Below the pieces are notes generated by a model. It did no database searches, was not told the origin of the DNA, and saw only the letters and a list, made by a program, of their open reading frames with translations. Shown here one piece after another: positions 41,501-55,260 of a stretch of DNA of 64,000 nt (its first letter is position 1; each line of letters begins with the position of its first letter). The translations under genes and the position numbers were made by a program. The stretch is from Balanoglossus misakiensis (taxonomy: Eukaryota > Animalia > Hemichordata), in assembly GCA_040954595.2 (NCBI GenBank), contig CM082594.2:4511319-4575318 (forward strand). Direction: 5' to 3'.

Positions 41501-44500
41501 TGCATTTGTGTTTGTACTGTCTGTGTGAAAAACTGATTAATTAAACTTTCTCAATCTGAAACTTCAAATGAAAGTTCTAGGATTAATGTGCACTGCTGTA
41601 TAGTTTAGCTGGTGGAATGACTGAAAATCGTCATGCATGAAGGAACTCAGAATCGTGTGCAGTGTAAACTGCAGACTTTCCCAGACATGAATGGTGACAC
41701 TTGGATGAACCCTTGAATGGAACCCTATCACTTTTCACTGTTCAAATCGCTATTCTGAGAGTCAAATGTGTAGCCTGTCCCCTCTACCCTCACCCACCCA
41801 CGCAGTGCAGCTTTTTTGACACCCATCTGAGTATTTTTTTTTCTGCAAACTTTGTGGCACATTCGGGCATGATTCACACATTGTGACCCAAGATTCACAA
41901 TAAACAGGGTACTGTGGACTGTTTTGGTCCAAAATAAACTTCAAATTTGATAAAAATTCAGGAAAATGTGAAAACTTTTGTACCCAATATTAATGCAGAG
42001 CGGAGAGACCCCTGGAGGTCGATTCAGTTCGTCTTAATGCCACCTTGTGTTTGAATTGATGATGCATAATGGACAGGAAACTCGATTGTGTCATGGTTGT
42101 TTTGTGTATTGACGTGTGACATCGCAGCATTAATCACAGGTTTCCTGTTCTTTTTCTTCTTCTCAGAGTGACTCCAGGTTAAAAAATATAAATGCCTCGT
42201 TCAGATTAAAGAAACCTGACAGGTAGGTCATTAATTTTCTTCATTTTTTTTTCAACAAAAAAAGTGTGCTGGAATTCCTCAGAAGTGCAACTGTCGGTTT
42301 TGTTCATTCGGAACTGTCCTTGCATCCTAGAGGAATGTATGTACATGTACTGTCATGCATTCATATCATGATCAAAATGTGCAGTTTTCATGAATATTTG
42401 TTCTTTCTTTGTTATCCAGGCAATTTGAAGAAGTGAGGAATTATGGCACAGATTTACAAAACAATATATCAAATCTTCTTAAAATAAGGAATGTAAGTCA
42501 ATGTATGGTATATATTTTTTGTTGAAATTCAGATATTTGAACAACAGTCTTGCCTAAGTAACAGGCAAGTTGAAAGACAGATAGACAGACAGACTGGCAG
42601 ATGTTAAAAATAGATATAGACTTTGCAAGAAATATGACAAGAAACTGGGAAGGATGAAAGTATACTGTTTTCTAGTGACAGTTCTGTTTATTTTCACAAT
42701 TTCATTTGCATCACTCTTTCTCTTTCATGCAATAGAAATTAGCCGACAGGTTGTATGGAATTCACAAAATCCATGGCAACTACGGACGAGTCTTGAGTGA
42801 GTGGAGCGGCATTGAGAAGAAGATGGGTGATGGTTTACAAAGTTCTGGACATTACATGGATGTGTAAGTCTAGCATTGTTAAGGATAGTGGTTTATGCAA
42901 GTGTGTTGAAATAGAGACAAATCTAACAGTTGTACTTTGTATAGTGAAAACTGTCACACACAAAAATCATTGTGCCAGAAAATTACACTGCCCTGGTAAG
43001 CCAGAAATTTATGAGGGATCTTGTGATGTGCAGTAGAACGCTATGAAAATTTATCAGCAAAAGTTTGGTTATGATAACCTGACAACACCTCCAATTTATG
43101 AGCAAAGCAACATTTTCATTGATTTTCCCCCACTAATCGTATTTTAAGGTATTGTTTGAATTAAGTAATCAATAAAACTGGTTCTTTAGTTGATGATCTA
43201 CAATGTGTTATCGGTTGCTGTATGATCTTTGATCAACTTGACCTCTGACCTCAGGTACGCAGCCAGTATAGATGGTTTACTTGAAGAGGAGGAGCAATAT
43301 GCTGACCAGTTGAAAGAATATTTATTCTATGCTGATGCACTGAGGTGAGTCTCTTGGAATGTTGTCCTTTTTTTCCAGCAGTAGGAGAACTTGATTGTGG
43401 GATTTGGGATCTCTCCGTCCCCACGAGTGATGTGTGTTGGGCGCACGAAGTCCACAACCGAGAAATTCAACCTGACACGAAATCAGAATTCTGATTTCAT
43501 TGAAATCGGTGCTGCTGATTTATCATTGCCTGACGATAGAGGGCCTCGTTTATTTGGTGTTTTTTCTTGAATGGTGAGTGAGGGCGCTATTTGTCTTCAA
43601 TGAGCAGGCTGGAGATTGGTTTTGTTCAGGTCTTGCTTTTTCAGTGTCTTACAGAATCTAATGACTGTTTAGATTTAGATTACAGCTTCTCCCTTTTGAA
43701 TCTAACTCAGAACAAAATTTCAAAAAGATGTCATAGATCACTTAGGGATCGCAATCAGAAGGGCTGAACAGAATGTGTCTTCATTCTACTGACTCACAGT
43801 ACACTTTTTACTTCTAGTCAAATTCAGTCAACTTTGTGGGTTTTTTTTTTCGTTTTGCAGATCAGTGTGTCGAAAACAAGAAGTGTTGCAATATGAACTG
43901 GAAAGGCACGAAGAAAATTTGTCTCACAAAGTCAAACAGAAAGAAGAACTTACAGTAAGTTGTGCAGTCATCATACCAGTTGCACATTTCACTTCACCTC
44001 GGTCATATTCCAATTTTGATTGCTTGCTGATGTATTCCAAGCCTGATTATCCACTGTCATGATTGACAGATCTCTGTTCCTAACCTGATTGGTCTGTGCA
44101 TGCCACAGTTGGCCAATAGCTTCAAAGCCTAGCTTGGCTATGTATTTGAACTCACGACAGGAATAGTTTCCTGTTTCTATGCTGTTCCATATACTGTAAA
44201 ACACTTTATTTTCGCGAGTTGAAATTTTCGCGATAACGAGAGAGGCCACTGTTTCGCGAGCTCGAGTATTAAATTTTGCGTTCTCTTATTTCATTCACTG
44301 CATCGTTATCTTTAAAAAAATTACGCGACTTTTTATTTTCACGCTATTTTGGCTCGCGTATTTTGCGAAAATTTATTACTCGCGAAAATAAAGTGTTTTA
44401 CAGTACTTTATTTGAGCCACACTTTTTATTTCTTTGCGTCAATAATTTGACGTTTCTCCGACAGTCTGGCCAAGCAAGCGGCTTCTCCTTTAAGGGAATG

Positions 44501-45874
44501 ACCAAGCTCTTCAAGACGGAGACGGCGGAGAGCAAGGAAGCGAAACTGAAACATCTGGAGGAGCAGATCACGGAGGCTGAGGAACACGTGAAACAATCGC
44601 AGGAAGAAGTGACGTGAGTTGTTGATTTGATGCAGATTTAGTTTGACTGATCACTGATGGAGTATTTGGTCATCGAACCCAGGTTGCATACCTTCAAATC
44701 TAGATTTAGAATCTATAATTATTTTCATGTTCCCGACTGAGTTTTTTATATCACTGAAAGGTTACGTAGCATTTAATTGAGTTGAAAACTCGTGAGGAAC
44801 TGGCCGTCTGTTTTTCTCAAGATTTGATAAATGCTAAATGATTACCCAATGTCAGTGATATTTGGCAGAACACGACAAGATTTGAAACAAAATCGCACAA
44901 AGAGGGCATTGTCACTCCATGAAAATGTACCTTTTAACTTCATGTACACCTCTAAGCCCATATGAAGTGCCACTGACTCAACAAACTCACTGGTGACTCA
45001 AGAAAATTATCCACACTACATGCAAAGGAAACAGGCTGACTCAGAGAAATTTTTAGAAATCCTCAAATTGACTGAAAGCTTTTAAAAATTATGTTAGTTA
45101 GAGGGTACACTGTACACCAGTCATGATTATGGATTTTAAATGACTGAGTGAATGAACTCAGTTTGTCTGTGACTTGTTTGCTTGAACAATAATTGTAATC
45201 TACAGTATAGTGTAGTCATTGTAACCTAATGTGATGTTGTCGTCATTGTAGGACTTTTGTGGAACATGCCTTGAAGGACATTGAGAGGTTCAGAAAACAG
45301 AAAGTGAGAGATCTTAGGGAAATTTTTATCAATTACGCCATTTTGCAAATCAAGATGGCCAAAAAGGTAAGTGGGGTCTTTTCTTCTGTACTAATGATTC
45401 AAAATTTTGAAAATTTTGTTGATATTGTGCTTAAGGACTCCTAATGCTGTTTTCTACATTGTATTTTGGAAACTCACAAAATTAGGGACCGATTTGCATG
45501 CTAATATGTGGTATCATAGATTATTGAAAAATGAACCATCTTGAAATAAAATGGCCGCCAAACTCCATGTTTTCTGCCAGAAAGTTTCCAGTTGTCGTTC
45601 AAATGATGAATAGTTTATTTCCTGTGAGTGTCCAAAATGATTCCTCACAGAATCGATTACGACAACGAATGGATTGATTGTGAGGATTCTTGATCTGTTA
45701 TCACGTGCAAGGGAGTAACTCCTTTGTCAGTTTGAGCTTTGCAGACCGTAAAATTCGTGACTAAAGCTGGCCCCACTAACCAGAAAACACTAACCACCAC
45801 TTCTGTCCATTTGTGTCCACTGACAGGGCATAGCAGTATGGAGCAACGCCAGGGAATGCTTTGAAAAGATGTGA
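32547..45874 (+). CDS. SNX4: Sorting nexin 4 (PX-BAR), ~431 aa
   Basis: Exons 32547-32639 (aacATGGCG Kozak), 36700-36809, 38237-38375, 38887-39087, 42167-42222, 42420-42492, 42736-42863, 43255-43344, 43861-43954, 44465-44613, 45252-45366 and 45827-45874 total 1296 nt in frame. PX motifs: VSEPEKR, LWRRYSEFELL, VPPVPEKR, DPDFIERRRVGLENFLLRIASHP. BAR motifs: HGNYGRVLSEWS, QLKEYLFYADALR. The C-terminus GIAVWSNARECFEKM resembles vertebrate SNX4. Confidence 0.92.
34661..35014. mobile_element. Kolobok-like MITE (TTAA TSD), family copy 2
   Basis: TTAA-agggacaaagtctctctctcgc...gcgagagagagactttgtccct-TTAA. RR...YY termini with a TTAA duplication are typical of Kolobok. Confidence 0.8.
38525..38680. 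repeat. Degenerate TCTG/TCTA/CT microsatellite cluster
   Basis: Visible low-complexity repeats in an SNX4 intron. Confidence 0.7.
40075..40694. mobile_element. Foldback Kolobok-like MITE with very long TIRs
   Basis: TTAA-aggggaaatccgctgtagctg...cagctacagcggatttcccct-TTAA. About 170 bp of outer arm is essentially perfect (the two ORF-track peptides at 40071-40379 and 40426-40698 end identically), and imperfect pairing continues further inward. Confidence 0.88.
44194..44403. mobile_element. Tc1/mariner-like MITE, copy 2
   Basis: TA-ctgtaaaacactttattttcgcgag...cgcgaaaataaagtgttttacag-TA. Same family as 3535-3742. Confidence 0.8.
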
Positions 45875-48045
45875 AGATATCCCACCAAATTTACCATTGA
45901 AGCAAAAAAAAAAATAACATTCCTGGAAAGACGATGTTGTAAATGTGAATCCGAATCTGATTGTATGCACAGCCGGGATGATGATGATCAGTCTATGTGC
46001 CATAGAAATTATCCAAAACCTGTGGAGTCTGTCAGTGAGAACTGACGTAATCAATTTTCAGAGAGTAATCAAGGTTTTATTCTTACAAGAAATCAGTGAG
46101 GCAGTACAATACCTGTAAATACCACCGTGCTGATAATTCAGTTTCCATCTCATTTCATGTCAGATGACTTCATCGTTTTGGATGTGATTTTTTCCCGCAC
46201 AAAATGCAAATTCTGTAAAGCATACAACAGTTTCAAGATTTCCGTAATTTTGAGTAGCATGCCAGATGTCAAGCTTTTGCAGTGGCAGGATATTATTACC
46301 AGAGTGGTTAGTGCAATTTGACAGTTACTTGTCGAACCTGATCGTCACATTTTCTAAAGGTTAAACTGTCACACTTTACACTTGTGGTGAAATACATCAC
46401 CCAGGTACCATGGCAACGAGACTTTTGTTGTCTAGTTGTAAATTATAAGATTTTCCCCACTGTGACGTTGTTTAGTCTTATCCAAAGACACATGAATTTG
46501 ACTTCTAGTTAATACTTAACACCAAATACGAGTAAACGAGAAAGAAAAAGAAAAACACAGGCCGGATTCCCCCCCCCCCCCCCCCCCCATTAGCCAGTAC
46601 ATATTAAATTGGGAGTTTAAAACAAAATAACCTAAACAGTGTCAACAGATATTGGTTTTCTCCCTTTAACCCTTTTCACCCCCCCCCCCCCCATTCCCTC
46701 ATTTGAGGACCAATCTTACCTTGGAAAACAACAGGTTTGGACTGAACCATTGTGGCGAAAGGGTTGAATAGAGTTGGCTGCACAGGACGCTTCTTCATTG
46801 AGGCAGTATGTTACATAATATGTGATATGTTGATAAGTATAAACAGACAGAAATACCCTTTATCCGTGGAAATTGAGAATATCCACTGAAGAGAATATAC
46901 GGTAACTTGCTGTTCAAAGGCTAAATGAAATGAATTTCCACATCTTGCTAAATTTTTGCTTTCAACATATTTTGCTCAGTATTCAAGTCCTGTGCGAGAG
47001 CTATATTTTCTTTCTGTGTCTCTTATTCTATATGTGCCTTGCTTTGAAAAAAAAAATGCCAGAATTGTTGTTTTTGGTGTGAATGATGACGTTCTTAATT
47101 ATTTTCAAATATGGTCAGTATGTAAATAGCTGTGGGTCCATTTACACCAATCAGAGATCTCTGGTACGTAGTGAATGATGTGAGGTGCATGAATATTTAT
47201 TTATTCTAACAAGTATTTCCATATTTGGGGATCAGGACGGGTGCTGTAGGCAAGTCTATACAACAAATTTTGATGTTTGTGAAATATTGCTGGATTTTCA
47301 GAAATCAGTGGCAACCAAACTGTTACCATAGTGACCTCCTTTCACATGCCTGGACACGTTAGTTGATTTCAGCGCAAATTTATTGAACATATCTTTGTCT
47401 TTTGCCAAAAATTTAATCATTCTAGTACTGTTTATGTGAGAGGTTCTCGCACGATCTGCTTTATAACACACGCATGTACATATGACAGGTTTGGTTTTAG
47501 CAAACTGGAATTTTTGCGCACGCATTATTACTACTGTATTAAAGGTATACGATCACCTATGTAAATTTAGATACAGTAACTGTGGAAGATGAGATCTAGC
47601 CAATGGCAGATTTTCACTTGGGTTGGCCAGATATGCTCCTGTCAAAAAGTTCTACTGTGTGGAACAATGCTGTGCCTCCTTTGCATATTTTCTTCTGAGA
47701 ATGATACTTAGAGCCACATGGGAAATGATCTGTCTTCTCACGGCAGTATACGTTTGCACTAGCCTGAGCAGAACACACAGCATTTCTTTTTAGTTGTAGT
47801 GTACTGTCTTTTACCGGTTGTACAAACCATTTCATGATGCTGTGAACACTTAATGCTTCAGAAGGCCCGTCAGCGACACCGCATAGAAATGGTGAAGTCC
47901 TCTTTATGGAGCAGTGTATGAAAATCAAAGGGGAGACGCATCAAGTGTTATAAATAAGCAATTTATTTGTTGGTCAATTTTTTGAAAGGGAGAAGTATAG
48001 ATAAGTTCACAAAGACGGTTTGACACTTGACCCTGATGATGTGGC

Positions 48046-48051
48046 AATAAA
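48046..48051 (+). terminator. Candidate SNX4 polyadenylation signal
   Basis: AATAAA followed about 30 nt downstream by a GU/U-rich tract (tgtgtttttctggttgtgtgtg). This implies a 3' UTR of about 2.2 kb. Confidence 0.45.
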
Positions 48052-48258
48052 GGATATAAAAATATTACCATCTTTCAATTTGTGTTTTTCTGGTTGTGTG
48101 TGCATGTATACTGACACCTGTTGATCGTCTTATGCGCATGTGCGTAATTTCGCGGGTACAAACATTACGTCAAATCCAAATAGTGGTCTGCCTTCGCTTC
48201 CTACCATATTTCATGCGCACTGTACTGTACGAGTAGACTTTATTTTTGTCCCTTCTTC

Positions 48259-48299
48259 CATAGACCCTAGAGAAACTGTTTCTCTATCTAGTGTCTTTG
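48259..48299. mobile_element. 41-bp micro-MITE with 7-bp TSD (P-element-like termini)
   Basis: catagaccctaga...tctagtgtctttg is an imperfect palindrome flanked by cttcttc on both sides. Confidence 0.45.
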
Positions 48300-49896
48300 C
48301 TTCTTCTCACCCAATTTGCTGTCTTTTCCCGATCTCCGACACAGACTATGGTCGCCGCCATCTTGTCTGTTGTTTGAAAGTCTACAAAAAGCCTCTAAAG
48401 CAGCAAAACTAATGTTATGGAATATTTGTTCAAAATTGTTCAGTGTTGCATGGTGTTTTGTATGGCTTCCTCCACATTGTGGTGTTGCTATGGTGGCCGT
48501 TGCTAGGTGTAAGACAGACAGCCTCAGACGGATCAGAGTGGCAACTCACTTCAAACGTGATCTAGTTTTTATATTCAGGTACAGATGTTGAGGACTAATA
48601 TGCAAATTATAAAGGGTCCGCAAATACTTTTGAAATGCTAATTTACAGTCTAAACACCGTGCAGGATGGCTTGTATGAGAATTTTCCATCACGCCCTTGG
48701 CGCCTGATCTGTCGAACACCAATCAGATGTACGCTCCGGGTCACGTGATTAGCCTGTTTGTGGCGTGCTTTGAGGATTTTCCTGTCGTCTGCGCTCGAAG
48801 AAGGAACGTTGCAAGAGTCGGTGCTGACCTAACTTGTGTGTACGTACCTTAGCGGGTCGGTGGTGGCCGAGGCTTCGTCAGAGACACTTGCTTTCGGATG
48901 TGCTTCGACCGCTGAACGAGAAAGCTGTGAAACCACAGCACTGTTAAATTTTGTGAGGGGTTCGTTCGGGTCCGCTTTCAGGCTGCCGACCGGTTTCGAG
49001 GGAGACCGTCCATCCGAAGCTTTCTTCACAATTGGTGGCATCTGCGGAATTGTTGGGAGCTACTTTGGTGTCAGAAGTCCCTTTTGAATTTACGCCAAGA
49101 TCTAAATTCACGCAGTTGTCAGTTTTTGTCGATGCTGTTTTCGTGACTGTCTTTTAAAGCTGTAGGCCTATAGTATGCAAACAGAAACTATAATTTATGC
49201 TACGAAAGCTTCATGGGTGTATGCACTCTGGGCACCGTACTCCTCACGGGATCTGATCACTCGGATCAGCGCAGCACCTATAGGGTTTTTGTTTCTCATC
49301 CATTTTTACTGTGTAGGTCTATTTGAGAACTGACTACATGTATTAGTGTTCATTTTAGCACCCATCGTCCGGTGAGATATGTTTAGGTGTAGAGTCTATT
49401 TTAGGTGGGGGTTGTTTCTACTTAGAAACCGTTGTGTCCGGTCAATTCTCGAGAATGGCTGTGACTGTGACGAGGGAGGCGAATGTATCGCAGGGCAAGG
49501 ACATGGCAGGGATGTTGTTTGTAAAGTAAAGTTGATTCGAACGGATAGACGGCGTCTTTAGGTGGTTTTATGAGAAAAAGCTTTCAAACCTTCAAAATAT
49601 GCGTCTCAGGCAATGAATAGTGAAAATAACGTAACCCAGTCTACTGGGGGAAAAAAATGGCAAACAGAGGCATTTCTCCCCAAAATTTAGATATTTTTCC
49701 ATAAGTAATCTCCAATGTTCTTTCAACAGAAATAAGTTCAGAATGACCAGAGAAACTTCATTTTCGAGGCGAGTACTATCTACCTAGTGCTCCTTCTCTT
49801 AGACTTGGTACCTCCACGAACCTTTACCAATTTTTAGAGGAGCTCCCCCCCCCCCAAAAAAAAAAAAAATTAGCTGAAGGACGTCATATCACCAGC

Positions 49897-50018
49897 CAAT
49901 CTGATTAAAATCAGATGTAGGGAACGGCGACTTGGTTTTTTTTATGCTGTCGCCGGTGTGAGGCGACAGCATAAAAAAACCAAGTCGCCGTTCCCTACAT
50001 CTGATTTTAATCAGATTG
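49897..50018. mobile_element. Palindromic MITE with 9-bp TSD (MULE-like), copy 1
   Basis: caatctgattaaaatcagatgtagggaacggcgacttgg...ccaagtcgccgttccctacatctgattttaatcagattg. TSD atcaccagc at 49888-49896 and 50019-50027. Confidence 0.88.
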
Positions 50019-50269
50019 ATCACCAGCTATCTTCCATCAACAGTATTAATTAAAGACGTGTCTTTAGTGTGTTACTGCTTCCTATTTGATTTCGAGAGTA
50101 ATATGTGGCGGCTGGCACATTTGGGGAAGGGTCGCTCACTATTTTCGAAATCCCTGATATCACTTCCTGGTCTTTTTGCCGGAAGTCCATACCTGTCTTT
50201 TTCGCGCCCTTGACTTTGTTCTGTGTGTTTTGTTGATTGTCTGTGCACAGGGAGCGCTCCCTCCGTGTA

Positions 50270-50395
50270 TTTAGTGTTTATGTTTATTTGTTTGTTTATT
50301 ATTGATTGGCATACTAAACAAACAAATCTTTATTTATTTATTTATTTATTTACTTATTTATTTATTAATATGGTTACGTTTATTTGTTTGTTGAC
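50270..50395. repeat. (TTTA/TTTG)n low-complexity tract
   Basis: Visible tetranucleotide repeats. Confidence 0.75.
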
Positions 50396-53300
50396 ATGTT
50401 AGGGTTAGGGTATATTCAACGGTTAGGGTGTTGGGTTGGGATTTGTTTGCTCCACAGCAGCACTCCCTATATACAAAGATACAAAGAAAATCAATTCGAA
50501 ACTTTCGAAACATAGAAAGTTATGTAGTTGAAATATGACGATTAACATTACACGAAGTCTATTTACCTCAAGTGACAATTAATGAGGAAGACGTGATATA
50601 CCAAATTGATTTATTAATTTCAATTTGTCTGCGGGTTGTGACTATGATGCAAGCGGCGACTGTGCATAAACCCCTGACATTCAAACTTTGGTTATCCTTA
50701 ACAGAATTACGTCACTTAATTGGGGGAACGTCGGTGAACGTCCTGCCGTTAATGATATAGAGTTTATATATGATAACTTATAATCTTTGAAATCTTAGTT
50801 TTAAATTTACGTGGCTGAAAAGCAATCCACTTTGATATTACAATGTTATTCCATACCTCCGTTGCCTTGGGTGCCTGAATTCGGCTCTTATAGTGGGGGG
50901 GGGGGGGGGGGGGTCCTCAATGTACTATAGGTAAACTGCCAAGCATGTAATGTAGCTGTAGGCTATCACTATAAACAGTCTTGGTGAAAACTCTGCACGT
51001 TGCTGTACCTCTCTGTATACCCTTCCAGTGGGAAAGCGTCAAGATTTAGTTACATCGGCACCACATAAAAACACAAAGTATAATTTGACTATGCGAACGA
51101 AAGCCCAGACATTTAATTGACGACTGACGACAGCAGTACTATTATATTTTATTGCATGAAATACCTCTTGTGGATCTCGTTACAGAAAATTATTGAAATC
51201 AGCGAAACTCTACTCCTGATTGAATTTTCAGTACCATTTTTGGAATTAATGCAAAATAATTGATTCTGGCTCTGAGGTAGACTAAGAGAGATTTATTACA
51301 ATTTCTCCTCTAACGAGTCTGCCATCAAAACTTTATAGACAATTTAATGAAATATTGAAATGTAGTCCCGTTTTCAAATCCAGTCCAAGGCGCAAAAAAA
51401 TCAGAATACTTCCTATACGGTACCAGACATGTATACTGAAATAAAGTTCTGCCACGGTTTGATGAAGTTTGAAAATGTTCAAATTAGCAATAAATTGTCA
51501 TGAAACTCGGATGGTTGTCAGAAAATTAGACCTATCCATGGCGGGGTCGGAGTTACTAACTTGTTACCGAAAAGCGAGCATATTCACAGAACTACATAAA
51601 TTAAAAGTATTCATAGTCAACTATGCAAATGTAGCCACCGTGACAAAATGAGATCTAGCCAACGACAGCTTTTCACGGGATGGCCATGCGAGAAAAAAAA
51701 GTGCACCACGTGACCACAGATTGTTATTCGAGGACTTCGACACGCCATTTGAACCATATATGGGCATCAGGAGATTAGAGGCGATCGTTTGTTTGGTAAT
51801 CACGTGTATTCTCGCGCCGAAGTACGTGAAGCAAAATATCGCCCGCGGCGTACGATATACCATGGCCAGCTGCAGTACGATCGTCACGGTCGAAGGCCGG
51901 AGAGTATGGTGTGAGACCAAGGCAATCATTTCTTAAAGCAAGTATAGTTGCAAAATCAAAAATCAAGTTCAATATTCGAAAACGAACGGATGTTCGGCAA
52001 TTCCCATTTCGGTAAAAAATGGCTGGTTTACCATCTGTCCCCCCCCCGACAAGAGGACTATGCAACCTGGGACAGATTTTCAGAAAAAATGACAGTCCTC
52101 AAAACCGTTTAATTCTGTGTTATATTCAAATGTTTGGGGAATCTTTTTGAATTGAAACATTGAAATGGTGTTCAGCGGTTTGTTCTTAAATACAAATAGC
52201 TATTTTGAATTGAAATTTGAGACAATTTCCCTCTCATTCAAAATTCGCGCAGTCCAATATGATTGCTTCTGACCTTGATCCTACTTATCCCTATTTGTTA
52301 CAGAAAGTACACATTTAAAAAAAATGTTTAGCCTTAGTAATCAAGCGACAGCAAAAATTATAAGTATGGGCTTTCTTAGGTGCGACTGTGCAAGGCGAGC
52401 ACAGACCCACCTCAGTATCACAACAAGTGTGGTAAAAAAATTAAACGAGCAATTGGTTATTTTTTACCTTAAATGTCTACCACAACAACAGCGGAAATTG
52501 GATTCATTTTTTAATTTTTTTATTCATTTCACCATCATGAATGCGGGTCCTGCGATGCCCGGGTTGTGCGGCTTTATATTTTGGTGATGGGCGGTTTCCG
52601 AGTCATGGCGTTGACGTCGAGATGTATCACACGATAAAAGACTGCGGCCCTTGGTTTCCACAAGTGTTCTGGGTAGTAGGTGTCATCAAAGTGCTTACAC
52701 CCCGTTTTTACATGTTGAAGGGAATTGAGGTGCACTTATCACAGTGACCCCATTATCACCTTCTGATTATCACTTGTTGTCGGTCCTGTGTGTGATTGCA
52801 TTTTGTGGCAGCGAGAAAGACGCCGCGCCTAAATTACGAAGGCACGTGACCAAAAGAACGACTCAACGGAAACCTTGGAAATGGTGCAGGTGCATTTGCC
52901 CTCTTGAAGAAGACCCGATTTTTGAACCCGTGTAATGAATGTAAGGAGGTGTACTGTGACACTTGTATTAGCACCTTGACGAGAACTAGAAAGGCGAACG
53001 TGACTCGTCACAAAGTTTAGAATTTCCCTATTGCACCGGTGTAATCGGAATAGGCCATTGTTTTGCTTCCAGCTGTTTTCCTCCTAAGTCAAACGCAGCA
53101 GAGAAAAAAACGATGACAATGCTTATGCACAGTCACCTGTAATAGAGGGACTGTGACGTATGTAACGATAACAAAACGCCGGATAATGTGTACGGCAGTA
53201 GTAACCACTTCCTCGGTGTGTACGTATTAGCACCGAAAGGAACAGAACTGGCCGGATACATGACAACGTGCTGCAGGCTAGTGTGCAAATGACAAGTGAA

Positions 53301-53482
53301 AATTTTCTGTCCGTTAATTACCACTGTTTGTGTCGTACCGACCGCATTCTAAAGTTCATACGTCAAACGTACATTATTTACAGTGTCATGTTTTGCGCTC
53401 GCTCGTTGCCGCGGGTCTTTTGTCGTTCAAGTGTTTACGCAAAGCAGAATCTGAAATGTCACCATAGGCCTAAACCAAGAGT

Positions 53483-53614
53483 AGCTGCAGTAATTGTAAC
53501 CGGGGTGGGTTGGTTTGATGGTTTGATCTACTGTCTATGGTTTGATCGCGCCGATCGCGTTGGCCCACCTCAGCGCGATCAAACCAGCCCACCAAGGCTA
53601 CAATTATTGCAGCT
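53483..53614. repeat. Small inverted-repeat (hairpin) element
   Basis: agctgcagtaattgtaaccggggtgggttggtttgat pairs with atcaaaccagcccaccaaggctacaattattgcagct. Confidence 0.6.
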
Positions 53615-54024
53615 GAATATAGCGCAATGGAAACAGGTGATTTTCCGGCAATCATTGATTTGCCTGCTTTTGTCTCGCTGGTGGGCCTGAACCGAAAAAT
53701 ATACCATGTAATTATAAAACAGATAGCGCCGCCAGTGCATTTGTCTTTTCCAAATTTCATAAAACTATACAAGTGCAAACACGTGGCACAATAACGTGAC
53801 ATAGGGTGTTGATTTCGTTTGATTACTTCAATTTTCGCTTCTTTGTCTGTTTCACTCTGTTCTTTGTATTTCCTCAGCTAATTAAGATTATTGTTATCAT
53901 TAAAGATTATTATTATAATTATTATTAATTTCATGGAGATGATTTCGCCATTGTCTTCAGGCCTAATTTTCGTTTAAAACTTGCAGACGTAATACGTGCT
54001 GTTGGTTGTTTTTAAACTTAAACT

Positions 54025-54521
54025 CTTAGATCAGCGAAAACTCACACCAAGGCCAATTGGAGAAACACTGCAGAAAGACCGAAAGGAAAACGAAAACGCG
54101 GTTTAAAATTAATCGACATGTAGACCACACCGCAACCTTACATCCTGGCATTTTCGCTCGGATGAAACTTGTAGTTGTTTTTCGTTGACCCCTGCGCCGA
54201 TCCCGGTACCTGAAAAGTCGTAGTTTAGACGCCCGTGCACAAACATGATTCTTGTCTTTCGGGCTGCGCGCATGCGTACGCTTATAGTCTGGTTCGTGTC
54301 TTTTATTCTCCGATAGTCAGTTTCCAGTTTTCCACTCTTGTCCGTGTTTGTTTTTATCGCCTAGATTCCTTTTCCACTTTTGCAGCGAAACGCGTATGTT
54401 TTACCTGTAAACGCCGTTAAACCCTACTCGTTTAGTGCAGTAATCCGCGGTTCAACCAATCACATTTCGTACTCATTTTGGATGGCGGTTTCCCACCGTC
54501 CGCCCCTTTTCTCAACCAACA
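54025..54521 (+). repeat. ~500-bp upstream/promoter segment of the GPCR gene, duplicated at 63487-64000
   Basis: Collinear similarity from cttagatcagcgaaaact through ccgccccttttctcaaccaaca. Contains CCAAT and GC-box (ccgccc) motifs and precedes a putative 5' non-coding exon ending at donor 54707. Confidence 0.8.
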
Positions 54522-55260
54522 GTCACGTCATTTGCCACACTTGACAATGAACGATAGAGTCACGTGATTATTTATCATTTTTGACGTTTTGTTGATTATT
54601 TCTTTTAAAAGCTACATGAAATTAAGACGACTGTCTCGCTCTGAATTTTCTTAATTTCGGCCGAGGGAGCAGTGCAGTGCAGACGCAGGATTCGAAGAGC
54701 TGACCAGGTAAGACTTGACAAGCCCAGTAGTCACTTGGTGATTTGTTTGTCCTTATAGAGATATTTCTCAATACTTTTTCATGTGTTTGCTTGCTTTGAG
54801 CGAGTTTCAGGTATTGAACTGAGTTTTGATTCTGGGGATGAGATTCTGTTTTCTGTTGCCAACGCGATTCCTTGACTTACGCGCTCACTCTCGCTGTGTT
54901 CTACTCCACACACGCTACGTAGAGAGACTCGGAAAAAATATTTCTGAAATGTCTTTATAATGAAATAACGAAGCCCATAGACTTGGAGCAAGTTCAACTT
55001 GACAGACGTGACAGTGACAATTTACGAACTCTCGACCGCAGACGCTGCCGTCGAGACGGTACTCATGGACGCGTACTCGCCGCTTACGCATCCACGCCCG
55101 CGTAGACGTGAGAAGTTGTCCCACTTGAAGTAAGACAGTTTCTGTCCGTTGAACCTGTTATTTCCCTATTACTTTGAAAACCAACAGACGACTGTCCAGG
55201 TGCAGCTAGAGTCTAAGAGAATTATTATTTATTTATTTAAGGTTCTACGACACTCGAGCC

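Noticed and set aside
50399-50430. TTAGGG telomere-like repeats
   Set aside because: Only three scattered units within a low-complexity repeat, not a telomeric array.
51621-51929. Possible Gypsy RNase H fragment (LAMVY...FGARIHVIT)
   Set aside because: It lacks the TDH motif, flanking RT/integrase and LTRs, so the similarity is too weak.
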